A DNA stretch of 63,522 nucleotides, the filler included, from Octopus bimaculoides (Eukaryota), in assembly GCF_001194135.2 (NCBI RefSeq). It is 8 parts of 8 records of this genome, joined end to end, with 100 filler letters (N's around TTAATTAATTAA, not from the genome) between each part and the next. Parts side by side here need not be neighbours in the genome. Positions count along the whole stretch, not along the records: positions 15,416 to 40,839 come from NC_068983.1; positions 40,940 to 45,415 come from NC_069000.1; positions 45,516 to 55,341 come from NW_026336411.1; 5 more parts are not named here. One strand, written 5' to 3'. The position numbers were made by a program, and so were the translations under genes. Of this stretch, positions 36,166-49,637 are shown piece by piece. Under the pieces are notes generated by a model. The model ran no database searches. It was not told where the DNA came from and saw nothing but the letters and a program-made list of their open reading frames with translations. Within the stretch, counting starts at the first letter, position 1. The number at the start of each line of letters is the position of its first letter.

Positions 36166-38205
36166 ATTCAGGAGGATGACAATCTGGTCTTGTTGTCATC
36201 CTCCTGAATGTATCATGGGCAAGTTAACTTGGTAGTATCCACTCCTCTCCAAGCTGTTAGTCGCAACCCTATGCCCCTGCTTCTACCCAAGACATGCCTT
36301 GGCCCAGGTTCCTCTGCTCCAACCAGTGACTCTTTACGAAGCCTTACCTGGAGTCTTTTGCTTAGTGGTGCAATGTTAACACCACCCCCTCACTTGGTTT
36401 AGCCCACCTGCTACAGTGGGGTACCAGAGTGTGACACTAGAAACCATCAAGTGAGAGATGAAGATTTGAATGAGGACCAGTGATACCAGTCCATCTGACC
36501 ATCCCTGGCAAGATGCCACTCTATGTGTGTGGCATGTGAAAAAACATTTGAGCGAGGTTGTTGCCAGTGCCGCCATGTGAGTGGGTTTGGTAGACGGAAA
36601 CTGAATATATATGTGTGTGTCTGTGTTTGTCCTCCCAACATCGCTTGACAACCAATGCTGGTGTGTTTACGCCCCATAACTTAGCAGTTCGGCAAAAGAG
36701 TAAGTACTAGGCTTACAAAGAATAAGTCCTGGGTCGATTTGCTCAACTAAAGGCGGTGCTCCAGCATGGCCACAGTCAAATGACTGGAATGAGTAAAGGA
36801 GAGAGAGTAAAGAGTATGTATGTGTGTGTATATGTTTGTGCATCTGTGTTTGTCCCCCCAACATCGCTTGACAGCCGATGTTGGTGTGTTTACATCCCCA
36901 TAACTTAGCGGTTCAGCAAAAGAGACCGATAGAATAAGTACTAGGCTTACAAAGGGTAAGTCCTGGGGTCGATTTGCTCGACTAAAAGCAGTGCTCCAGC
37001 ATGGCCGCAGTCAAATGACTGAAACAAATAAAAGAATATACATATATATATATATATTCATTATGTTTTGTTTAGGTGCAAGCATGGGTGTGTGTTTATG
37101 AAGCTTGCTTCCCGGTCACATGGTTTGGGGTTCAGTCCCACTGCATGGCACCTTCAAGTGTTTTCTGCTATAGTCTCAAGTCAACTGAAACCTTGTGATT
37201 GAATTTGGGAGGCGGAAGTTTCCATCGTGTGTGCATATATGTAAGTGCTTGTGTCCCCTAACAAAGAGGAAGGGTATGTATGTGTGTATGCATGCATGCA
37301 TGTATGTGTGTATGCATGCATGCATGTATGTATTATATAAAACGAATGTTCCTGTCTTCTCTATCATACTTCCACCTGTCTCTCTACTACATCCTCACCT
37401 GGCTGGGGGATTTTGTCTTGCAAGTTACTGGGTGGCCTCCCTACTGCCAGTGCCACATCATCATCATTATCCAGTGTTTTAAATCTAGGTTTTGTCCCCA
37501 TTAACAGGGGTGACCGGATCTACCTCAATACCATAGCAACTGAGGTAGGCAAGTGCAGCCTACCTCAACCTTTGGGCTGGCTGGCTGGTGCCCATTCTCC
37601 TTTGCTATCATGAGGCTTTTTTGGAGCTGGATTTTCTATGGGGAGCATGCCCTTGCTTACCCCCAACTCACAAAAAAAAAAGAAATGCACTCTGTACAGT
37701 CAGTAAAGTGCTTGGTGTTAGAAAGGGCATCCAACCATAGAAACCATACCAAAGCAGACCCTGGAATTCAGTGCAGTCCTCCGACTCATTGGTTCCTGTC
37801 AAACCATTCCTCCTCATGTTGGCATTGAAAATAGACATTAAGCAATGATGATGATGTGTGTTTGTCACTAGATATCACCATCATCATTGTTTAACGTCCA
37901 CTTTCCATGCTAGCATGGGTTGGACGATTTGACTGAGGACTGGCAGACCAGATGGCTGCACTAGGCTCCATTCTGATCTGGCAGAGTTTCTACAGCTGGA
38001 TGCCCTTCCTAACGCCAACCACTCCGAGAGTGTAGTGGGTGCTTTTACATGCCACCGGCATGAGGGCCATCAGGCAGGACTGGCAACAGTCATGGCATAT
38101 ATTTATTTACTGATAACCCATGCTGTGTTGGTTCTCCAGTAATTCTATTCAGCATGTTTTGCAAAAGTTAAGATCAGTTACATAGGATGAAACCCAAAGA
38201 AATTG

Positions 38206-38308
<103 letters not shown>

Positions 38309-38859
38309 CACAGTAGTATATAATGGTTTCTGATTAAGATACAAGGCCAGCAGTTCTGAAGGGGAGGAATACAGTTGATTACATTCACCCCAGTATTTGA
38401 CTGGTATTTCATTTCATTGACCCCCTGGAGGGATGAAAGGCATTGTTTGGCAGGGTTTGAACTTAAGTGATTAGCTCAACAAATGCATTCAAACAACCGA
38501 TCACCTATGTAGAGTAATATTTTTGCGTTCACTTCTTTTATCTTGTACTTGGTTCAGTCACTGGACTCTGGCCATACTGGGGCACTGCCTTGGAGGATTT
38601 TAATCAAACAAATTAACCTTAGTATGGCACGTAAAAGCACCCACTACACTCTCGGAGTGGTTGGCGTTAGGAAGGGCATCCAGCTGTAGAAACCCTGCCA
38701 AATCAGATTGGAGACTGGTGTAGCCATCTGGTTCACCAGTCCTCAGTCAAATCGTCCAACCCATGCTAGCATGGAAAGCAGACGTTAAACAATGATGATG
38801 ATGATGATGACGATGAAGTAATAAATACCAAAGTAGTCCATCCCATGCCAACATGGAAA

Positions 38860-39014
38860 CAGGGCTGGCCCTAGGGATGCTGGCACCATAGGCAAGCTGT
38901 GTACAAGCCGACAGTCCTGGCAATTTCCTTGTCTTTGTCACGCCCTCCTGGTGCCCCCTAGCACATGACGCCCCAGGCAACTGTCTGAGTTGCTGGAACC
39001 TTGAGCTGGCCCTG
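38860..39014. mobile_element. hAT-type MITE nested in a family C tail
   Basis: Imperfect TIR cagggctggc / gctggccctg; 8-bp TSD catggaaa / catagaaa (7 of 8 identical). Confidence 0.8.
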
Positions 39015-39463
39015 CATAGAAAACAAATGTTAAATGATGATTTTGGTGCTTATTCTGTCAGTCTCTTTTGCCAAACTGCTGAGTTATCACTAAACTAGTT
39101 AGTTAAATTATTTTGTTAATTTTGGTTTTAATATTTCTTCTAGTTACAAGGCAGTGAGCTGGCAGAATTGTTAGCACACTGGGTAAAATGCTTAGTGGTA
39201 CTTTATCTGTCTTTACGTTCTGAGTTCAAATTCCACCAAGACAGACTTTACCTTTCATCTTTTCAGGGTCAATAAAATAAGTACCGCCTAAGTAGTGGGG
39301 TTGATGTAATCAATTTACCCCCCTCCCCAAAATTGCAGGCCTTGTGCCAAAATTTGAAATCAATATTTCTTCTGGTTAGGGTATTCAGAACAGGGGAATG
39401 GTATAAGCACTGAGAGGAGTCTCACGTATTTTATTTATTGTTTTAAATTTTTTATTTTTCCAG

Positions 39464-39925
39464 ACAGTGGCATAGAAGAATCTAAAAGTGACATATTTCC
39501 GCTGTCACCAAATTCTTTAAATTGTGCTGATCCAAGTTCTTCTCCTTTGCTTACACCAACGCATGTTTCATCTGGTTCTGCTGATTCAAGTTCATCCTTT
39601 CTACCTTCTCCATTGCTCGAAACTCCAACTATACACTCCAAAATCAACCAATCATCTTCATCTTTTAAACTGCTATCAATAAACCCCAATGACTTGACTG
39701 AACTGTTTACCTTACCAAACAATAAATGCACTTCATTAGCTTCTGAAAATGCTGAGCCCTTTGATTGTATTTTGGATGATGCCAACATCCATTTTGACCA
39801 ACCTAGCAGCCCAAATAGTAGTGGTGAAGAGATTGACCCGTCAGATTATTACACTCCTCTAAAGAAAGGTCTTAATCTGATTGGCCATTCAAGAGACCAA
39901 GATTTTTGTCAAACTAATTCCAAAT
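39464..39925 (+). CDS. HAUS6: HAUS6 exon 15 (visible), large Ser/Pro-rich exon
   Basis: ttatttttccAG / GTaagt; 462 nt open frame DSGIEESKSDIFPLSPNS...YYTPLKKGLNLIGHSRDQDFCQTNSK, phase-compatible with exon 14; covers ORF 39547..39987. Confidence 0.8.
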
Positions 39926-40210
39926 GTAAGTTGATAACTTTTACACGTTCTCTCTCTCTCACTCTCTCACACACACACAGAAAATAGCATTAAAAAAATA
40001 TTTAAAATCCATTTGCCTGTGACAGTCTCGATTCTTCTTTCTCTTCCTTCCTTCTTTCCTTTCTTTTTTTATTTCATTTCATTTATTTTTAATTTTTTTG
40101 CAGTCATTTGACTGGTGTCATGCTGGGGACATCACCTTAAAGTTGAACAAATCAATCCTAGTATTTCTTTTTTATTAATGTCTGGTACCTATTCTGTTGG
40201 CCCCTACTAG

Positions 40211-40540
40211 TGAAGGCACATGGTTTAGTGGTTAGGGTATTCAGACCACGATTGTAAGGTTGTGAGTTCAATTCCCAGTAATGCATTGTGTCCTTGAGCA
40301 AGACACTTTATTTCATGTTGCTCCAGTTCACTCAGCTGGCAAAAATGAGTTGTACCTGTATTTCAAAGGGCCAGCCATGTCACACTCTGTGTCACACTGA
40401 ATCTCCCCGAGAATTACGTTAAGGGTACATGCATTTGTGGAGTGCATGTAACACTTGCATGTTAATTTCATGAGCAGGCTGTTCCATTGATCAGATCAAC
40501 TGGAACCCTCATCGTCATATCTGATGGAATGCCAGTGCCG
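40211..40540 (+). mobile_element. SINE with family-D 3' half but a different head/central part
   Basis: Head tggtttagtggttaggg...gagttcaattccc, then tgtgtccttgagcaagacacttta, then the family-D tail ...gatcaactggaaccctcatcgtc. Confidence 0.75.
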
Positions 40541-40607
40541 TTAATGAACCACTAACGTACACGGACAGAAACAAACCAATACCATTTATCAAGTGGTGAT
40601 GAGACAA

Positions 40608-40638
<31 letters not shown>

Positions 40639-40939
40639 TCAATATTCTTTTATTTGTTTCACTCATTTGATTGCCCCCATGCTGGAGCACCACCTTTAGT
40701 CGAACAAATCGACCCCAAGACTTATTCTTTGTAAGCCTAGTACTTATTCTATCGGTCTCTTTTGCCAAACCGCTAAGCTACAGGGACGTAAACACACCAA
40801 TATCGGTTGTCAAGTGATGGTGGGGGTACAAACAGGCACNNNNNNNNNNNNNNNNNNNNNNNNNNNNNNNNNNNNNNNNNNNNTTAATTAATTAANNNNN
40901 NNNNNNNNNNNNNNNNNNNNNNNNNNNNNNNNNNNNNNN

Positions 40940-40992
<53 letters not shown>

Positions 40993-41439
40993 GTATATAT
41001 ATGTATATATTTGCATATATATGTATATGTATATATATTTGTATATATTTGTATATATATGTATATATATGTATATATTTGCATATATAATATTATTATA
41101 TTTATTAGGAACGGAAAGCTTCTTAAATCGTATACCTGAGTTTCTCATTTCCGGGATTTGGACGATGCTGACGTACAGAACAAGCAATAACAACAAGGAA
41201 AAGAACATGGAAAAAATAAAGAAAGTCCAAAGAAAATAAACACAACAAGATACAACAAAGTAAAAAAAAAAACAAACAAAAGAAAAACAGTATGCAGTAT
41301 ATAAGATATAGAAAAAAATTCAAAATTGATTAAACATTTTGCTCATGCGCTAATAACAACTCAATACGAAATGTTTCTTGATCATTTTTAAAATACAATA
41401 TTCAGAAATGTAGAAAATGAAAACCTACCTACATGTCTA

Positions 41440-41470
<31 letters not shown>

Positions 41471-42994
41471 GTCTGTCTCTCTGTCTGTCTCTCTCTCTCT
41501 CTCTCTCTGTGTCTCTCTCTCTCTGTCTGTGTGTGTGTGTGTGTGGGTGTGTGTGTGTGTGTGTGTGTGTGTCTGTGTGTCTGTGTGTGTGTCTGTGTGT
41601 GTGTGTGTGTGNNNNNNNNNNNNNNNNNNNNNNNNNNNNNNNNNNNNNNNNNNNNNNNNNNNNNNNNNNNNNNNNNNNNNNNNNNNNNNNNNNNNNNNNN
41701 NNNNNNNNNNNNNNNNNNNNNNNNNNNNNNNNNNNNNNNNNNNNNNNNNNNNNNNNNNNNNNNNNNNNNNNNNNNNNNNNNNNNNNNNNNNNNNNNNNNN
41801 NNNNNNNNNNNNNNNNNNNNNNNNNNNNNNNNNNNNNNNNNNNNNNNNNNNNNNNNNNNNNNNNNNNNNNNNNNNNNNNNNNNNNNNNNNNNNNNNNNNN
41901 NNNNNNNNNNNNNNNNNNNNNNNNNNNNNNNNNNNNNNNNNNNNNNNNNNNNNNNNNNNNNNNNNNNNNNNNNNNNNNNNNNNNNNNNNNNNNNNNNNNN
42001 NNNNNNNNNNNNNNNNNNNNNNNNNNNNNNNNNNNNNNNNTGGAAAGTTTATGAGAATTAATACAGTTTTGAAGTGTAAAGGTCGTTTTTAAAACAAAAA
42101 TTATATTTAAAAAAATGTTATGAAATCTTTTATTAGGATGCTACTAGCCCGTTTTTTTGGAAGAAGTGTTTCCGTAGTGTCTGAGAGTTTTCGTTTAATC
42201 TTTTCAAACACATTTGCTCTTATATATATTTACATATATACCTATATCCAGACGGATTAACAAATCTTGTGTTGTCAAACTTAAGACTTATTCAAAATTC
42301 TAAGTTAACTTTTAAGTGTACATGCACACCACCTCTGTATGTGTGTGTGTGTGCGTGTGCGTGTGTGCGTGCGTGCGTGCGTGTGTGTGTGTGCGTTTGT
42401 GTGTATGCATATACATACCTATACACATTTATGATTTAGTATACTCTCTTATACAAGTGACACAAATATATACATACACAAATGAATCATTTACACACAT
42501 ATGTAGTGTATGAGTTTAAAATACCAAATACATACATACATACATACATACATACATACACACTGCCTAAATACAAATCCTGAGAAATTAGGCTTCTCAA
42601 AACGAGAAAGGAGAAAGCTGATTCGAAGCTGATTCGAAGCTGATTCGAAGACTACCGATCCAAGCCATCACTGGAGCTGCAAAATCTGTAAAACTTTCCA
42701 GATGTTTATCATATAAGTACATATGAGCATGTTCAGCTATGCAACTATCTGCATGAGAATGCTTACATAAAACAAAACATAAAAATATGCACAAGAGAAC
42801 ACCTATGCTGAACTATTAAGAAATCTGCAGTTACTTTATCCAGATTACAAGTTCGGATTTATACTTGTAATTATTGGGGCACTGGGATATGTAACACACT
42901 GCCTAAATATCGATCTTGAGAAATTACGCTGCTCAAAATCAGAAAGGAGAAAGCTAATTCGAAGACTAACGATTCTGCCAGCTCACCGCCTTCC

Positions 42995-43094
<100 letters not shown>

Positions 43095-43770
43095 NNNNNN
43101 NNNNNNNNNNNNNNNNNNNNNNNNNNNNNNNNNNNNNNNNNNNNNNNNNNNNNNNNNNNNNNNNNNNNNNNNNNNNNNNNNNNNNNNNNNNNNNNNNNNN
43201 NNNNNNNNNNNNNNNNNNNNNNNNNNNNNNNNNNNNNNNNNNNNNNNNNNNNNNNNNNNNNNNNNNNNNNNNNNNNNNNNNNNNNNNNNNNNNNNNNNNN
43301 NNNNNNNNNNNNNNNNNNNNNNNNNNNNNNNNNNNNNNNNNNNNNNNNNNNNNNNNNNNNNNNNNNNNNNNNNNNNNNNNNNNNNNNNNNNNNNNNNNNN
43401 NNNNNNNNNNNNNNNNNNNNNNNNNNNNNNNNNNNNNNNNNNNNNNNNNNNNNNNNNNNNNNNNNNNNNNNNNNNNNNNNNNNNNNNNNNNNNNNNNNNN
43501 NNNNNNNNNNNNNNNNNNNNNNNNNNNNNNNNNNNNNNNNNNNNNNNNNNNNNNNNNNNNNNNNNNNNNNNNNNNNNNNNNNNNNNNNNNNTATGCCCAC
43601 GGAGGGCTAAACATAGAGGGGACAAACAAGGCCAGAGAAAGGGATTAAGCCGATAACATCGACCCTAGTGCGTAACTGGTACTTATTTAATCGACCCTGA
43701 AAGGATGAAAGGCAATGTCTACTTCGGCGGAATTTGAACTCAGAACGCAACGGCAAACAAAATACCGAAT

Positions 43771-43989
43771 GAATATTCTTTTCTACTCTAGGCACAAGGC
43801 CCTAAAGCTTTGAGGAAGGGAGCCAGTCGATTAGATCGACCACAGTATGCAGCTGATACTTAATTTATCGACCTCGAAAGGATGAAAGGCAAAGTCGACC
43901 TCAGCGGAATTTGAACGCAGGACGTAAAGACAGACGAAATACTGCTAAGCATTTCGCCCGGCGTGCTAACGATTCTGCCAGCTCGCCGA
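43771..43989 (-). mobile_element. SINE family B (tRNA-like head plus Meta/MeSC-like central domain), full copy
   Basis: Head ggcgagctggcagaatcgttagc...gttcaaattcc; core gaggtcgactttgcctttcatcctttcgaggtcgataaattaagta. Other approximate copies: 3240-3345-, 8950-9060-, 21455-21600-, 22527-22730+, 23400-23600-, 28207-28415+, 30412-30625+, 32930-33140+, 35590-35970+, 38340-38460-, 39146-39360+, 43592-43760-, 44745-44955-, 45780-45890+, 55460-55755-, 56350-56726-. Confidence 0.88.
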
Positions 43990-46900
43990 CTTTCCCATAT
44001 CCAGAAATTGAATGTTGAAGATAATTCAATGAAAACCTTTGAAAATATTTCCATCTGAACATCTGCTTGGCGAAAAATGGGATGTAGGCGACAAATGGTT
44101 TTGTCTTCAACCTTTTACTGCTGTTTCTGAGCACACTTAAATTAAAGAGATCAAGTGTCTGAGAAATGCATGTCTGGTTGCAGAGTGAACTAGTTTGTAC
44201 TGTTTTCCTTCGTCTTCATTGAAATACCTGTTCTATTCGTCCTGCTTGATCTGGAAGTAACTAAACTGACGTTATTATGAATCAAGTCGACATTAAAAAA
44301 ATCCTATTAAAATGTTAAAAAAATTCAATTAAATCTTTTTATGTGATAAACAATATAATAAAATTACATGCGTTTTAAAATGGTTATTCGTGTTAAAATA
44401 TGAATCGAATGCATTGCGAAAAAAATCAAAACCTAAATATTTCAATAAGTTCACTTCCAGAGACGTCTAGGTCAAACCGAATAGAAATAAAATGTTTTAT
44501 AGAATTTCTGCTTTTCGCAACGGGAAGGAATTAATTAAGAAATAGCACTGCGTTTGCAAACAGGCTTTAGGCAGACACGTTAAAAAGATTTCATCTTAAT
44601 CATGAAAATCCATGGTAAGAAAATGAATAAAAAGAAAACCACCCAAGTCAAAGTGACGCCATTAGTGAAAGCAGAAATAATACGCCCACACTCTAATAAT
44701 AACAACATCAGCAATGAGTGAGAAAAGGAGGAAATAATAATTTATTTTTTAGCACAAGGCCTGCAATTTTTTAAAGTCTGGGGGTGGAGCAGCCAATTAC
44801 ATCGATGCCCGTACTTGACTGTTACTTTAATTTTATCGTCCCTTGAAAGGATGAATGGCAAATTTGACCTGAACGGAATTTGAACTCAGAACGTAAAGAC
44901 GAGCGGGACACCGCTAAACATTTTGCCCGGCATGCTAACGATTCTGCTAGTTTGTCGCCTCAATAATGGTTTTAAATTTTGGTACAAGACACGCATTTTT
45001 GTTAGGAGGAGCCTTCAAGTAAGTTGGGGGCAGGTTCCACAGTTTGGGCGACCACATTTTGTAACCGTTGGTTTCGTGGTTGTTTTGTAAAGCTTCGCAT
45101 TTGTTAGCACATTTGTTAGGACGTTTGATTTTTCTCTGCAAGAGAATTTATCGTATTCATTTGTGTATAAAGCAGTCCCGACTCCATTTACCGGCGTTGT
45201 CACCGTGTTAGCTCTACCATAAGTATTTCTTCTGCTACAAATTGGTCGCGTAATTGGTGTTTATAATTGCGGTTTACGTCTCCTTGGTTGGTATTTAAAA
45301 CTCGTAGGAGGGTTATTGAACCTTTGCCGCATTATGTGTACATATATATATGCATATATATATATGTATGTATATATGTGTCTTTATATATGTATGTCTG
45401 TATATATATATGTGTNNNNNNNNNNNNNNNNNNNNNNNNNNNNNNNNNNNNNNNNNNNNTTAATTAATTAANNNNNNNNNNNNNNNNNNNNNNNNNNNNN
45501 NNNNNNNNNNNNNNNTACCACCTTCAATGGTTTTACTCGGCACTAACATTTTGTTTATATGTAGAACCATGCAGACGCTTTTTAAATATATATATATGGT
45601 CCTTGCTTTGGTCCTTGGTTTAAAGGGTTGTTCTGTAACCATTTATTTCCTATCCAAGCATCCATACCTAGTAACAAAGCCGTTGTATTACAAGAAAATT
45701 AGTTTTACGTGGTGCCTAAGGGACAACCCATGGCTAGTCCATCTTTTGCGGGTATATTAATATCGACTAGGCACAGTCGTTAGGTCGTCGGTCAGAATGC
45801 CACACTGTGTTGGTTCCAATTCTCTGCGTCTCGAGTTCAAATCTAACCGTGTTCAGCTTTACCTTGCGTACTTTCGGGGTCGATAAAGAGAAAAGAAAAC
45901 AACTAATCCAGCAGAACTATAACAACATCGGACGAAGTGTATTGTGGAATTTATTCCGGCTCCTTTTGTTCTGTGTTGAAATCCTACCATGGCGTACTTG
46001 GGCAGTAATCAGTTATCCAGTTAACACCATTAAATGGTACCTTGCCTACCTTTAGTGCAGTCCATTCTGTTGCAAATATTTGGGCTACCATCCTTCCACC
46101 AGTCTAGGTGGCCATGTGAAGGACCATGGAAACTGCAGTCGCTTCTGGATTAACAGCAGATGAAGGGTTCAAATTCAGAAGTTGTCACAACGTTTTTTCC
46201 TGTCTTTCCTAATTTCCATCCATAAATTCTCGTTATTACTACACACACACACACACACACGCGCGCACACATACCTCGAACTGAGNNNNNNNNNNNNNNN
46301 NNNNNNNNNNNNNNNNNNNNNNNNNNNNNNNNNNNNNNNNNNNNNNNNNNNNNNNNNNNNNNNNNNNNNNNNNNNNNNNNNNNNNNNNNNNNNNNNNNNN
46401 NNNNNNNNNNNNNNNNNNNNNNNNNNNNNNNNNNNNNNNNNNNNNNNNNNNNNNNNNNNNNNNNNNNNNNNNNNNNNNNNNNNNNNNNNNNNNNNNNNNN
46501 NNNNNNNNNNNNNNNNNNNNNNNNNNNNNNNNNNNNNNNNNNNNNNNNNNNNNNNNNNNNNNNNNNNNNNNNNNNNNNNNNNNNNNNNNNNNNNNNNNNN
46601 NNNNNNNNNNNNNNNNNNNNNNNNNNNNNNNNNNNNNNNNNNNNNNNNNNNNNNNNNNNNNNNNNNNNNNNNNNNNNNNNNNNNNNNNNNNNNNNNNNNN
46701 NNNNNNNNNNNNNNNNNNNNNNNNNNNNNNNNNNNNNNNNNNNNNNNNNNNNNNNNNNNNNNNNNNNNNNNNNNNNNNNNNNNNNNNNNNNNNNNNNNNN
46801 NNNNNNNNNNNNNNNNNNNNNNNNNNNNNNNNNNNNNNNNNNNNNNNNNNNNNNNNNNNNNNNNNNNNNNNNNNNNNNNNNNNNNNNNNNNNNNNNNNNN

Positions 46901-47901
46901 NNNNNNNNNNNNNNNNNNNNNNNNNNNNNNNNNNNNNNNNNNNNNNNNNNNNNNNNNNNNNNNNNNNNNNNNNNNNNNNNNNNNNNNNNNNNNNNNNNNN
47001 NNNNNNNNNNNNNNNNNNNNNNNNNNNNNNNNNNNNNNNNNNNNNNNNNNNNNNNNNNNNNNNNNNNNNNNNNNNNNNNNNNNNNNNNNNNNNNNNNNNN
47101 NNNNNNNNNNNNNNNNNNNNNNNNNNNNNNNNNNNNNNNNNNNNNNNNNNNNNNNNNNNNNNNNNNNNNNNNNNNNNNNNNNNNNNNNNNNNNNNNNNNN
47201 NNNNNNNNNNNNNNNAGACGCGTGTACCCTTAACGTAGTTCTCGGGGATATTCAGCGTGACACAGTGTGACAAGGCTGGCCCTTTGAATTACAGGTACAA
47301 CAGAAACAGGAAGTAAGAGTGAGAGAAAGTTGTGGTGAAAGAGTACAGCAGGGTTCACCACCATCCCCTGCCGGAACCTCGTGGGGCTTTAGGTATTTTC
47401 GCTCAATAAACACTCACAACGCCCGGTCTGGGAATCGAAACCGCGATCCTATGACCGTGAATCAGCTGCCCTAACCACTGGGCCATTGCGCCTCCACTGG
47501 TTATCATATATATACACTATACAATATGGTTCATGTTACTTCTGCCATCGATTAGAAAACAAATACTTTTTATACCTAAGCTGGAGATGCAGGCTTCTCG
47601 CTAATTTCCTTTGATATCGCTTAGTATTCTTCGGGGGGCGGGGAACATTCATACAAATATATGAATGACTTAGTGAGCATTGTTTGATAACATTCAGAAA
47701 CCATATTTTGTATGGCGGTATGTTTATTTGCAAAACTATGGCGCTGTAAATGCCGTTTTGTTTATGTATTTTTAGTGTACAGTAGGTATATTCTATGGAT
47801 AAACTCTCTTTCATTGCTGGGTAATAAATCAGATTCTATTTATGCATTTATTGCCCTCATTAGTTCACTCAATTGGTTGACTTTATCTTTCTGAATCCCT
47901 A

Positions 47902-47941
<40 letters not shown>

Positions 47942-49637
47942 TCTTTTACTCTTTTACTTGTTTCAGTCTTTTGACTGTGGCCATGCTGGAGCATCACCTT
48001 TAGTCGAGCAAATCGACCCCAGGACTTATTCTTTGGAAGCCTAGTACTTATTCTATCGGTATCTTTTGCCGAACCGCTAAGTTACGGGGACGTAAGCACA
48101 CCAGCATCGATTGTGAAGCGATGTTGGGGGGACAAACACAGNNNNNNNNNNNNNNNNNNNNNNNNNNNNNNNNNNNNNNNNNNNNNNNNNNNNNNNNNNN
48201 NNNNNNNNNNNNNNNNNNNNNNNNNNNNNNNNNNNNNNNNNNNNNNNNNNNNNNNNNNNNNNNNNNNNNNNNNNNNNNNNNNNNNNNNNNNNNNNNNNNN
48301 NNNNNNNNNNNNNNNNNNNNNNNNNNNNNNNNNNNNNNNNNNNNNNNNNNNNNNNNNNNNNNNNNNNNNNNNNNNNNNNNNNNNNNNNNNNNNNNNNNNN
48401 NNNNNNNNNNNNNNNNNNNNNNNNNNNNNNNNNNNNNNNNNNNNNNNNNNNNNNNNNNNNNNNNNNNNNNNNNNNNNNNNNNNNNNNNNNNNNNNNNNNN
48501 NNNNNNNNNNNNNNNNNNNNNNNNNNNNNNNNNNNNNNNNNNNNNNNNNNNNNNNNNNNNNNNNNNNNNNNNNNNNNNNNNNNNNNNNNNNNNNNNNNAT
48601 ATATATACATATATATATATACATATATACGACGGGCTTCTTTCAATTTCGGTCTACCAAATGCACTCACAAGGCTTTGGTCGGCCCGAGGCTATAGTAG
48701 AAGACATTTGCCCAAGATGCCGCGCAGTGGGACTGAACCCGGAACCATGTGGTTGGTAAGCAAGCTACTTACCACACAGCCACTCTTACGCCTATATAAG
48801 AGCATAATTTTATTACTTCATTAAACCGAAAAGCAACTTTTAACTTGTGTCTGCAACTGAACAATATAATAAACAGAAATGTGAAATTTTCTCCTGTTGA
48901 CGTTGGATTTCCTGAATGGATTGTACATTAACGATGTGAAACAGCATCCTTTGAAACGATCGTAGAGATGGGCTTGAATGGACTCTGTTCTGGTTTCCTT
49001 TGACTTAATTTTTTATATTTATACTCTTGTATTTTTATGTATTTGTGTCCATATATTTTTCTTCATACGACTTCACTTTTAGGTTTTATCACATTTTATT
49101 CGTGTATATGTACTCTTTTACTCTTTTACTTGTTTCAGTCTTTCGACTGCAGCCATGCTGGAGCACCGCCTTTTATAGTCGAGCAAATTGACCGCAGATC
49201 TTATTCTTTGTAAGCCTAGTACTTATTCTATCGGTCCCTTTTGCCGAACCGCTAGGTTACGGGGACGTAAATACACCAGCATCGGTTGTCAAGCGATGTT
49301 GGGGGGAAAACACACGCACACACACACACACACNNNNNNNNNNNNNNNNNNNNNNNNNNNNNNNNNNNNNNNNNNNNNNNNNNNNNNNNNNNNNNNNNNN
49401 NNNNNNNNNNNNNNNNNNNNNNNNNNNNNNNNNNNNNNNNNNNNNNNNNNNNNNNNNNNNNNNNNNNNNNNNNNNNNNNNNNNNNNNNNNNNNNNNNNNN
49501 NNNNNNNNNNNNNNNNNNNNNNNNNNNNNNNNNNNNNNNNNNNNNNNNNNNNNNNNATATATATATATATATATACGACGGGCTTCTTTCAGTTTCCGTC
49601 TACCAAATCCACTCACAAGGCTTTGGTCAGTCTGAGG

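Noticed and set aside
41109-41239. Terminal HAUS6 exon
   Set aside because: The best acceptor gives an immediate TGA in the required phase, the alternative acceptor is weak, and it lies beyond a scaffold join.
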